DNA of 56,399 nucleotides, from NCBI GenBank assembly GCA_028717725.1, contig JAQUNG010000002.1, positions 1 through 56,399 of the forward strand. The letters are read 5' to 3'. Positions 28,188-35,924 of the stretch are shown here, in pieces. This DNA is from a bacterium (lineage in GTDB: Bacteria > Auribacterota > UBA6266). A program made the position numbers and the translations under genes. Position 1 is the stretch's first letter. The number at the start of each line of letters is the position of its first letter. Under the pieces are notes generated by a model. It was given only the letters and a program-made list of their open reading frames with translations, had not been told where the DNA came from and did not search any database.

Positions 28188-28220
28188 ACGCCCGGCTTCC
28201 CGGCCGGGCGTTTTTTATTT
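28188..28220 (+). terminator. Rho-independent terminator
   Basis: cgcccggc-ttcccg-gccgggcg followed by ttttttatttt. Confidence 0.75.
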
Positions 28221-28258
28221 TATTTGTAAACAGCAAAAAATTTCATAATATATATTTA

Positions 28259-29056
28259 ATGAAAAAATTCCGGGTAATTATAATATCTGATGCTACAGGT
28301 GACCTCGGGGAACGCTTCATAACCTCCATACTGACGCAGCTTCCCAAAGAAAACTTCGAAATAAAAGTGGAAAATTTCGTTAATACGCCCCAAAAATTAG
28401 AAGCGGCTCTGCGTAGAATCAAACCCGATTCGCTTATATTTCATCTCACCATATTCCCCGAACTTAAAAAAATGATAGACCTTTTTTCAGCGGAAAATAA
28501 GATGCCGAGTTATGACCTGACAGGAGGCGCCATGGATTTCATAGTCCGTTCAACAGGGATAAAACCCAGCTGGAATTTAAAAAGAATCCATGAAATAGAC
28601 ACTGAATATATTTCAAAGCAGGAATCGATTGTTTTTACAATCAAACATGATGACGGGCTGAGGCCCGAAGACCTGAACAAGGCTGAGATAATACTTGTGG
28701 GAGTCTCCAGGACTTCAAAAACTCCGACATCCATCTATCTCGCCGCAAAAGGATATAAGGTCGCAAATGTCCCGTTTGTTTCCATCCTGGCCCTGCCCGC
28801 GGCATTGCAGGATATCAAATCAAATAAAATCGTGGCTTTCACCATTAACCCAAAAACTTTATTCTCTATAAGAAAGGAGCGCTCCAAATCCTACAGGTCA
28901 AAAGAAGGGGCGTATTCTTTCTTAGACAGCATATCAGAAGAAATCAGGACAGCGGAGAGGTTCTACGCCGGAATGGGCTGGCCTGTCCTGGACGTGACCG
29001 ACAGAGCGACCGAAGAAAACGCCGCAATGGTATTGAAGCTGCTTGGGAAAAAATAA
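28259..29056 (+). CDS. Pyruvate,phosphate/water dikinase regulatory protein-like kinase/pyrophosphorylase (DUF299)
   Basis: VGVSRTSKTPTSIYLA P-loop typical of the PpsR/PDRP family. The ATG at 28259 follows the terminator. Confidence 0.8.
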   Translation: MKKFRVIIISDATGDLGERFITSILTQLPKENFEIKVENFVNTPQKLEAALRRIKPDSLIFHLTIFPELKKMIDLFSAENKMPSYDLTGGAMDFIVRSTGIKPSWNLKRIHEIDTEYISKQESIVFTIKHDDGLRPEDLNKAEIILVGVSRTSKTPTSIYLAAKGYKVANVPFVSILALPAALQDIKSNKIVAFTINPKTLFSIRKERSKSYRSKEGAYSFLDSISEEIRTAERFYAGMGWPVLDVTDRATEENAAMVLKLLGKK

Positions 29057-29074
29057 AGCAGTGGCCGATTGATT

Positions 29075-29202
29075 TATCAGGGAGAAGAAGTAAGTGTTTC
29101 GAACGGATTCGGGAGCTGAGTGTTTTTCTCAGCGAGCGCCTCGGAGTCCCGCCAGAGGCGGGACGAGAATGAGTGAGAAATACTTACTTATTCTCCCTGA
29201 TA
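29075..29202. repeat. 128-bp element with 26-28-bp terminal inverted repeats and two internal GC hairpins (MITE-like or structured RNA)
   Basis: tatcagggagaagaagtaagtgtttc ... gagaaatacttacttattctccctgata. Internal hairpins are ctgagtgtttttctcag and gtcccgcc-agag-gcgggac. It lies between convergent genes. Confidence 0.5.
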
Positions 29203-29276
29203 TATGTAGAAACATAAAGCGGGTCAGGGAATGGGTTTTAAGGGGTGTTTTTTTGTGAGAGGTTTTTTCCTGACAG

Positions 29277-30188
29277 CTACCAGCGTTTGTAAATCCAGTT
29301 CCACTGCTCGGGATACTGCCTTATAACCTGTTCCAGACTCTCGTTCATCTGCTTTAGGATATGGAGCATATCCTGTTCCAGATTCCCGGTCCTCTCCGGC
29401 CAGACGGTCCTTTCGATTATAAATTTATGTCTCGCGTCTTCCTTTTTCCTGATAAAATAAAGACAGACTATGGGGCACCCGGTCTTAAGCGCGAAATACG
29501 CCGGGCCCTTGTATGTGGACGCAGGCTTACCGAAAAAGTCCAGCATAATCCCGCGATTGCGCGCGTTTTCATCAAACAGCAGGCATATAACCTCATTGGC
29601 GCGCAGCCTCCTGACAACGGAGGACAGGTCTTTTGAAATATCTATCAGTTTATTGTTTCCCCTCAGTCCAAACCATATTTTATTCAGATAGGGGTTTGTC
29701 GAAGGTTTGAACAGGATCGACATATTGAAACCAAGGCGCGCGCCGAATTCCGCAAGCATTTCCCAATTACCCATATGGGCGCTGGCAAAAATGACCCCTT
29801 TTTCACGCTTCAGAAGTTCCCACAGGTAATCTATCTGTTCTTTTTTATAATCAGTCGCCGCGAAAAACTCAGCATCGGTCATATGCGGCATCTTGGGAAA
29901 TTCAAGCGAGGTAATACATATATTTTTATACACATTTTTTGCAATCAGGCGGATTTCTCTCTCAGATTTCACTCCGGAAAAAACCCTGGCAAGGTTATCG
30001 ACAGTCCTTTTTCTCGCGTAACGGACTATATAAAAAGCAAACAAACCGAGAGCTCTGCCGATTTTCACGACGATTTTCCAGGGAAGAATTTTTACGATGA
30101 AACAGGCTGCCATCGAAACTGCATAGATGATGAATCTGCGGATACCGGTGATAAATCTGTTTTTCTTTATTTTTTTCAAAAAACTCAT
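29277..30188 (-). CDS. LpxL/HtrB-family lysophospholipid (lipid A-type) acyltransferase
   Basis: N-terminal TM, HMGNWE catalytic motif, about 300 aa. Confidence 0.8.
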   Translation of the reverse strand: MSFLKKIKKNRFITGIRRFIIYAVSMAACFIVKILPWKIVVKIGRALGLFAFYIVRYARKRTVDNLARVFSGVKSEREIRLIAKNVYKNICITSLEFPKMPHMTDAEFFAATDYKKEQIDYLWELLKREKGVIFASAHMGNWEMLAEFGARLGFNMSILFKPSTNPYLNKIWFGLRGNNKLIDISKDLSSVVRRLRANEVICLLFDENARNRGIMLDFFGKPASTYKGPAYFALKTGCPIVCLYFIRKKEDARHKFIIERTVWPERTGNLEQDMLHILKQMNESLEQVIRQYPEQWNWIYKRW

Positions 30189-30216
30189 TTGTTCCTACAG
30201 AATTCAATAGATAAGT

Positions 30217-30289
30217 AGTTCAGCAGTTGAGTAGTTTTGATTTTTAGTTTTTTACCTACTAAACCATTGAACTATTGAACTGCTTAACT
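30217..30289. repeat. Phased-octamer imperfect palindrome (AGTTNNNN family), copy B
   Basis: AGTTCAGC AGTTGAGT AGTTTTGA ... ATTGAACT ATTGAACT GCTTAACT. Confidence 0.55.
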
Positions 30290-30301
30290 CATTTTTTCTC
30301 G

Positions 30302-31822
30302 TTACCCCATTGTGTTGCAGGTTTCGGCATAACTCCTGAAAGGAACCACATAACAACCGCACATTTTTGTGACTTTTTTGCTTTGCGGATCTATTCTGTA
30401 GTGATGAGTCGCGCAATAAGGCATCTTTTCCCAGACAAAATTATATTTATCACAAGCGACAAGGTAATGTAATTCCACTTTGCCGCTTCCTGTCAGATAT
30501 TCTCTCATTTTCTTTTTCCCGAAAATGGATTTTATAAAGGATGAAAACACTTTAATTAAAAAAGAAGGCCTGATAAAGGCCAACGTCATTATAAAATAAA
30601 ACGGCGCAAAAAAAACAAAAACCAGTATCGTCCATAATAATTTCCCGGGAAAACCCCCGGACAGTTTTGCTTTAACTCTGGCCATCCTGGAAACAAGTCC
30701 CGCGATTTTCGTCCCGTATTTATAAATGTTTTTATCCGGTTCTTTAATAACCATGTCGAGAACCGAAAAAATCGAGCCGTCCGGGTTCCTGCTTATAAAG
30801 CCTGCGCTTCCGCACATCGGGTGAGGCAGTCCGTGCATCCAGACTCTCCCGGGCAATAGACCCGCCAGCTTTAAAAATTCCAGCGTCAGAGAGTAAAACG
30901 TCAAAGCCGCGGTGGCAGCTTTTAAGTTAAGCTTTTCTTTTAATATGTTTTCAACACATTCAGGCGTAATCCTTTTTTCCGCCAGGCGTTCTATCTTATC
31001 CTGTCGACCGCAGAAAACCTCAACCGACACAGACACCCTCCTGACAACATCACTGTTGTCCAAAGCAAATTTAATGACTTCAGGCAGTTCATTCTCGTTG
31101 AGACCTTTGACTACCGTAACAGAGAGCACGACTTTCGCCCTCTTGAATTTTCTAAGGTTTTCTATCGTTTTTCTTGACGCTTCATAAGAACGGTAGCTTC
31201 CTCTTATTTTTTTGCAGGTTTCCTTGTTAACACCGTCAAAAGCAAGATAGTACCATCTAACGCCCGCCTCATAAACCCGCCCGCAGAATTTCTCATCCGA
31301 TAACGTTATGCCGTTAGTGGCAAGATAGCATCTTTTCATAAGCCCGGCTTCCCGCACGGCGGCGAGGATTTTGAAAAAATCCTTATGGATAGTGGGTTCT
31401 CCGCCTATAAGCACAAGATGCGTATCCGGATCGTTTTTTCTGACCTCCTCTATCATCTTCTTTATATCTTCAAGCGGAATATCACTGCCCTTTGTGCTGG
31501 CGTCTATATAACAGATAGGGCATTGCATATTGCATCTCGGGGTCACTTCTATAAAAGTAATCGGGGCTTTGCGCGCCACATGGTCTTTACATGAAAAAAT
31601 ACCGACATTACATCTTTCTATGCTGCAGTTACGGGAAAAATCTTTTCCTGCAAGAGCCATTTTGCCGATAAAAATATCCTTATCCGAAGAAGCAAGGTCT
31701 ATAATGTCCCCGTGCTCGGGACAGGTTTTTTTTATATAGATTTTGCCGGCTTCTTCATAAAAAAAAGCCTCGAGAGGCATGTCGCATACGGGACATATGC
31801 TTTTAAACTTTTTCTGCCACAT
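30302..31822 (-). CDS. Radical SAM protein with N-terminal 4-Cys ribbon and C-terminal TM segment (MJ0619/Tes-like architecture), paralog 2
   Basis: CPVCDMPLEAFFYEEAGKIYIKKTCPEHG, then CSIERCNVGIFSC, then CNMQCPICY. Hydrophobic LLWTILVFVFFAPFYFIMTLAFI, Cys-rich C-terminus. ATG at 31822 (20-nt overlap) or 31876. Confidence 0.8.
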   Translation of the reverse strand: MWQKKFKSICPVCDMPLEAFFYEEAGKIYIKKTCPEHGDIIDLASSDKDIFIGKMALAGKDFSRNCSIERCNVGIFSCKDHVARKAPITFIEVTPRCNMQCPICYIDASTKGSDIPLEDIKKMIEEVRKNDPDTHLVLIGGEPTIHKDFFKILAAVREAGLMKRCYLATNGITLSDEKFCGRVYEAGVRWYYLAFDGVNKETCKKIRGSYRSYEASRKTIENLRKFKRAKVVLSVTVVKGLNENELPEVIKFALDNSDVVRRVSVSVEVFCGRQDKIERLAEKRITPECVENILKEKLNLKAATAALTFYSLTLEFLKLAGLLPGRVWMHGLPHPMCGSAGFISRNPDGSIFSVLDMVIKEPDKNIYKYGTKIAGLVSRMARVKAKLSGGFPGKLLWTILVFVFFAPFYFIMTLAFIRPSFLIKVFSSFIKSIFGKKKMREYLTGSGKVELHYLVACDKYNFVWEKMPYCATHHYRIDPQSKKVTKMCGCYVVPFRSYAETCNTMG

Positions 31823-33320
31823 TTTCTGACCTTCTAAGCCCTTTGTTAAACCCGGGTTTGTTAAAAACCTCGGCAATCTCTTTCATTACAACCTTTTTGT
31901 TCCTTTCCCAGGCGCAGACCGGTATATATTTAACGCATCCGCTTCTGCCATCGGGATAAACAAAAGATGAAGTGCACATCTTTAACCGGACAGCTTCCGA
32001 TGTGTCATAATCCTCAAAGGGAAGAACCATTACCTGAAGAGCTCCCTTCATATTTGTTTCTTCCCTGATTACATCTTTAAGTTTTCGCCCAAGGAGCACC
32101 TTGCTTATTATTTTCATCCATTTGCAAAAGGCCCTTAATCCCTTTTTGCCGACGGCGCTCTCAAAACTAAAATTGTTAAACAAAATCTTCAGGATTGCCA
32201 GATAGACTTTACTCTTCAACAAAAAACTTATTTTCCTGTGGACGGATATTTCCGCCCCGACTTTTCTCAGGTCGCCGATAAGCCCGAACAGTCCTTTTTT
32301 GAGGAATCTTGAAATGGGGAAAAATTTCTCGCCGTCGGAAACAAGAACCGTTATGCTTTCGCAATTAGGATGAACGCCGACAAAAGGCATCTCTTTTAAC
32401 TTAAGCACCTTATTGAAAACTTTTGTGTCAAGGGAACCCAGCGGAACAAATTCAACTCCGCCTCCCACAGCATTATTAACCATATCTTCCACATCTTCGG
32501 GGGTAGTTCTCTCGGGATTATAATCCAGCCTTTCGGGCGACCACATATGCGCCAGAGGCATAATAAAGATGCCTCTCGCTATCTTCTTGTTTTTTATACA
32601 GTAATCAAACAGTTTCTTTAAATCTTCGTTATCCTGTTCTTTCGAAGCCACTGTCATTAAAATAACCTTGCCTTTTTTCCTGTGGGCAAGATTGTCAAGG
32701 GCTTTTAGCTTCAGATCCAGCGCGCCGGGCATCCCCCTGAATATTTCATACATTTTCCTGTTAAAACCGTCGAACGATATAAGTATTGAAACACCTTCTT
32801 CCGTCAGTTTCTCGCAATAAGCCCTGTCGGCAAGTTTCAACCCGTTTGTAACAACCCTCACTGAAAGGCCGTATGATTTAGCAAGTCTGATAATATCAAA
32901 AAGGTCTTCTCTTACGGTCGGTTCTCCCCCGAAGAGCTGGACCGACGGTTTGGGGTCAAGATTCGAGAGATTTTTGAAGATAATCTTAAAATATTCCATA
33001 CAGGGTTCAAATTCAAACCCCATTGAAGGGACATTCGTGATGCAGATAGGGCAGTTCATATTGCATCTGTTTGTAAGTTCCACAAACGCGATATTCGGAT
33101 CTTTATGGGTGCATTCAAGACAGTTCAACCCGCATCCCTCATATTCTGTTTTCTCCATAAAATCGCGCTTGTTTTTATACGCTTTGGCGTTGTTTGAAAT
33201 TAATGTTTCGGTAATGCCGCATTTCGGGCAATTTTTACTGAGCAATATCTTGCCGTCTTTCTCAATATGTTCGGCGGAAACAATCCCGCGGCAATTGTTG
33301 CAAAAAGCTTTATTTCCCAT
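31803..33320 (-). CDS. Radical SAM protein with N-terminal 4-Cys ribbon (MJ0619/Tes-like architecture), paralog 1
   Basis: CNNCRG...NCPKCG ribbon, CGLNCLEC, CNMNCPICI radical SAM motif, C-terminal Cys cluster. AAGGAG RBS before the ATG at 33320. Confidence 0.8.
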   Translation of the reverse strand: MGNKAFCNNCRGIVSAEHIEKDGKILLSKNCPKCGITETLISNNAKAYKNKRDFMEKTEYEGCGLNCLECTHKDPNIAFVELTNRCNMNCPICITNVPSMGFEFEPCMEYFKIIFKNLSNLDPKPSVQLFGGEPTVREDLFDIIRLAKSYGLSVRVVTNGLKLADRAYCEKLTEEGVSILISFDGFNRKMYEIFRGMPGALDLKLKALDNLAHRKKGKVILMTVASKEQDNEDLKKLFDYCIKNKKIARGIFIMPLAHMWSPERLDYNPERTTPEDVEDMVNNAVGGGVEFVPLGSLDTKVFNKVLKLKEMPFVGVHPNCESITVLVSDGEKFFPISRFLKKGLFGLIGDLRKVGAEISVHRKISFLLKSKVYLAILKILFNNFSFESAVGKKGLRAFCKWMKIISKVLLGRKLKDVIREETNMKGALQVMVLPFEDYDTSEAVRLKMCTSSFVYPDGRSGCVKYIPVCAWERNKKVVMKEIAEVFNKPGFNKGLRRSENVAEKV

Positions 33321-33345
33321 ATTGCGAAAATCTCCTTAAAAAACG

Positions 33346-33361
33346 AATTCCCCGGGGAATT
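33346..33361 (-). promoter_or_regulatory. 16-bp perfect palindrome AATTCCCCGGGGAATT followed (minus strand) by a T6 run abutting the RBS
   Basis: The minus strand reads aattccccggggaatt-cgtttttt-aaggag-N8-ATG. Three further CCNGG-centred half-palindromes lie at 33371-33410. Confidence 0.5.
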
Positions 33362-33449
33362 TGTGAAATTCCGAGGATTAAATCCCGGGAATCCTGCAGA
33401 TTTCTCGGGGAACTTTCAATATTCTTATTTCGTATTTCAATATTTATAT

Positions 33450-34292
33450 CTAGTTAAGCGGAATCTCCAGAACCTGACCTACTTTAAGGTCGTTCGGTCC
33501 TTTAAGCCTGCTTTTATTCGCGTCGAATATCCTCGTCCATCTGGCGGGATCACCGTAAACTTTTTCGGATATCTTCCAGAGTGTATCTCCTTTCTGGACG
33601 GTATATTCCTTAACTTTGACTTTCACTTCGGGGGCAATTTCCTTAACGTCTTTCACGGTTCCTTTGGTCCACTCCGCCATCGGCACCTCGACTATATCGG
33701 CCACCATAAACTGCGCGTTTCGGTCTTTTTGCATACCCTCTATGTCTCCGACCGGAGCAACAGCGTTTAACTTTCCTTTGCTAATTATGCGTATCCTTTC
33801 TTCCGGTATCCCGTTCTGCATCATATAATTTTTAACGGCTTCGCCTCTTTTTTCGCCCAGAAGCATGTTGTAGGCTTCTTTACCTCTCGCGTCGCAATTA
33901 CCCGTTATGAGAATAGTGCTCTGAGGGTTTCTGCGCAGAAGATTTATGCCCGTCTCAAGGATGGGAATAGCGTCGTTCCTTATTTCCGATTTATCCGTAT
34001 CAAAATAAACTTTAACATTTTTCAATATTTTCTTTATGACTATGGCGGGTTCACCTTCGGATCCGGGTATTATTTTATTCACATATATAAAACCCCTGTT
34101 TCCATAGGGCCTGATCTGCCCCGGATATTCGGGCCACCACCAGTATCCTCCGCGTTCTTCGTCTTTTACGGGCCCTGGTTTGGCGTCAGTAGGCCACCAC
34201 TGAAAAACTTTTCCTGTTTCCCCGGCGCACACCGCGGCGCATCCCACTCCTATAATAAACAGAAACGACAAAATAACGGCTGTTTTTTTCAT
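33450..34292 (-). CDS. OmpA-family peptidoglycan-binding protein with C-terminal LysM domain
   Basis: VYFDTDKSEIR...ITGNCDARG...YNMLLGEKR matches OmpA_C. YTVQKGDTLWKIS...LKVGQVLEIP matches LysM. The signal peptide starts at the ATG at 34292. Confidence 0.85.
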   Translation of the reverse strand: MKKTAVILSFLFIIGVGCAAVCAGETGKVFQWWPTDAKPGPVKDEERGGYWWWPEYPGQIRPYGNRGFIYVNKIIPGSEGEPAIVIKKILKNVKVYFDTDKSEIRNDAIPILETGINLLRRNPQSTILITGNCDARGKEAYNMLLGEKRGEAVKNYMMQNGIPEERIRIISKGKLNAVAPVGDIEGMQKDRNAQFMVADIVEVPMAEWTKGTVKDVKEIAPEVKVKVKEYTVQKGDTLWKISEKVYGDPARWTRIFDANKSRLKGPNDLKVGQVLEIPLN

Positions 34293-34390
34293 GTTTTCCT
34301 CCTTATTTCGCTTTATAATATAATACCTTCCGTTTAATAGCAATTATAAAATATTATAAACCCCGGGCGCGGAAAAGAATTGTTTTTTCA

Positions 34391-34418
34391 TTGAATATAT
34401 TTTGAAAATGCGTAAAAT
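34391..34418 (+). promoter_or_regulatory. Sigma-70-like promoter
   Basis: TTGAAT-16 nt-TAAAAT upstream of the small K/E-rich ORF. Confidence 0.35.
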
Positions 34419-34448
34419 CGACTAAAGCTCACACGCAAGGGAGGAATT

Positions 34449-34667
34449 ATGGCTGAAGACAAACAGGAAAAGAAAAACGAACCCAAAGAGCAAAAAAAAG
34501 ACGAAGTCCCCGCCGGCGCTCCGGCGGAAAAGGGCAGGAAAAAACTTTCCAAAATGACGTTGAATGAAGTTGAAGACGCTTTAAAAACCGCGAAAAATTC
34601 GATGGGCGGCGGAAAATCAAAATATATAGAACATCTGGAACAGAGGAAGAAAGAACTCGGCAAATAA
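34449..34667 (+). CDS. Small lysine/glutamate-rich protein
   Basis: Strong RBS (gggagg-N5-ATG) and its own terminator. 72 aa with no known motif. Confidence 0.6.
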   Translation: MAEDKQEKKNEPKEQKKDEVPAGAPAEKGRKKLSKMTLNEVEDALKTAKNSMGGGKSKYIEHLEQRKKELGK

Positions 34668-34670
34668 AAA

Positions 34671-34694
34671 ACGGGCTGATGGAAATCAGCCCGT
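34671..34694. terminator. Bidirectional hairpin terminator between convergent genes
   Basis: acgggctgat-ggaa-atcagcccgt is flanked by an A run upstream and TTT downstream. Confidence 0.65.
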
Positions 34695-34715
34695 TTCATA
34701 AATCTCTGCCGTATA

Positions 34716-35291
34716 TCAGCGGTGTTTCTTAAAACACTTCAGGAACAGGTTGCGGGCAGACCTTTCTCCGACAAGCTCAACCGCGTCAGACAAAGGCATA
34801 TCGCTTTTAGTAACATTGGAATTTACAGACCCGTTCCACAACTTTCTGCCTTTATGGTCGGTAATATCATACGCGATTTCGTTCTCTACATAATGCTGGG
34901 TAAGCGCTATGTCCATGGCAAGCCCCACAGGGTTCACGGGAGTCATACCCACGCCTACAATACCGTCATAAACAGGATCTTCCTCCGAATACAGAAATTT
35001 CTTTATATCCGCTTTGATAATAACATCCGCCTCGGCCGGATTGTCAACAACCATAAAATTTTGCGTTGTCCTGCGCTGCATAGCGTTAATAAGCATCTGT
35101 TTCTGCACCGAGGGGGCGGCATCGGGATTACCCGAAGAGTTATCAAAATCCGCGACATATACCCTGCACACTTCCAGTCTTTCAACAAATTCCGTCAGCG
35201 TTTTATCATGTTTTCTCGCCGCCGCGGCATCGGCGGAAAACATAAAAACAACCGCTGTCACAAAAACAAAAACTAACAGTTTTTTCATCAA
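34716..35291 (-). CDS. Secreted hypothetical protein
   Basis: AGGAGG RBS, signal peptide MMKKLLVFVFVTAVVFMFSADAAAA. The antisense 184-aa ORF is judged spurious. Confidence 0.75.
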   Translation of the reverse strand: MMKKLLVFVFVTAVVFMFSADAAAARKHDKTLTEFVERLEVCRVYVADFDNSSGNPDAAPSVQKQMLINAMQRRTTQNFMVVDNPAEADVIIKADIKKFLYSEEDPVYDGIVGVGMTPVNPVGLAMDIALTQHYVENEIAYDITDHKGRKLWNGSVNSNVTKSDMPLSDAVELVGERSARNLFLKCFKKHR

Positions 35292-35312
35292 TATCCTCCT
35301 ATTTCAATTGCA

Positions 35313-35328
35313 TATCCTTATAAGGATA
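35313..35328. promoter_or_regulatory. 16-bp perfect palindrome TATCCTTATAAGGATA in a divergent promoter region
   Basis: Seen directly. A second inverted repeat gtcaatt-aaagtg-aattgac lies at 35348-35367, overlapping a TTGACA box. Confidence 0.4.
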
Positions 35329-35416
35329 AACCACCGCTTAAAAAAAGTCAATTAAAGTGAATTGACAGTAATTCTCCTTTCTGATACGCTAAATCCCTGT
35401 ATTTAAGACCATTGCC

Positions 35417-35872
35417 ATGAAAAAAAACATATCTCACTACCTCGAAAAGAAAAACATCCTTTTCCTTGAAGCTTCATCCAAAAAAGAGGCTTTGTTGGAA
35501 TTAATCGGCGCGCTCGCGCAAAATCCGAATATTACGGATAAAAAAGCTCTTGAAGACGGTATCTGGCAGAGAGAAAAGCTTATGAGCACGGGAATCGGAC
35601 TGGGCCTTGCGGTACCCCATGTCCGCATCAAGACAGTGACAGAGCCGATTATAGCGGTAGGAGTATCCCGTAAAGGCATAACAGATTATAAATCGTTGGA
35701 CGACAGCCCCGTAAAAATAATAATAATGATAGCTGCGGGAGAAAAACAGCACGCCTTGTATATAACCCTGCTATCGGCCGTAACATCTATCCTCAAAGAA
35801 ATACGACTGAGAGAAAAAATACTCTCAAGCGGCTCAACCGAAGAGATATACGTTACTTTGACTGAAAGCTGA
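35417..35872 (+). CDS. PTS EIIA type-2 (PtsN/EIIA-Ntr-like) regulatory protein
   Basis: GIGLGLAVPHVRI phosphorylatable His motif, about 150 aa. Confidence 0.8.
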   Translation: MKKNISHYLEKKNILFLEASSKKEALLELIGALAQNPNITDKKALEDGIWQREKLMSTGIGLGLAVPHVRIKTVTEPIIAVGVSRKGITDYKSLDDSPVKIIIMIAAGEKQHALYITLLSAVTSILKEIRLREKILSSGSTEEIYVTLTES

Positions 35873-35924
35873 TTTTGCCATGGGCATACTTTGCGATATT
35901 AACCTTCTGTTTCAGGAAACAAAT

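Noticed and set aside
29059-29074. gcagtggccgattga resembles the D-arm region of the tRNA-Ser genes (GGCAGAGTGGCCGATCG)
   Set aside because: Only about 12 matching bases and no further tRNA-like sequence around it. Treated as chance, although it lies next to the MITE-like element.
34722-35276. 184-aa plus-strand ORF
   Set aside because: It mirrors the minus-strand gene, which has an AGGAGG RBS and a signal peptide. The plus ORF has neither.
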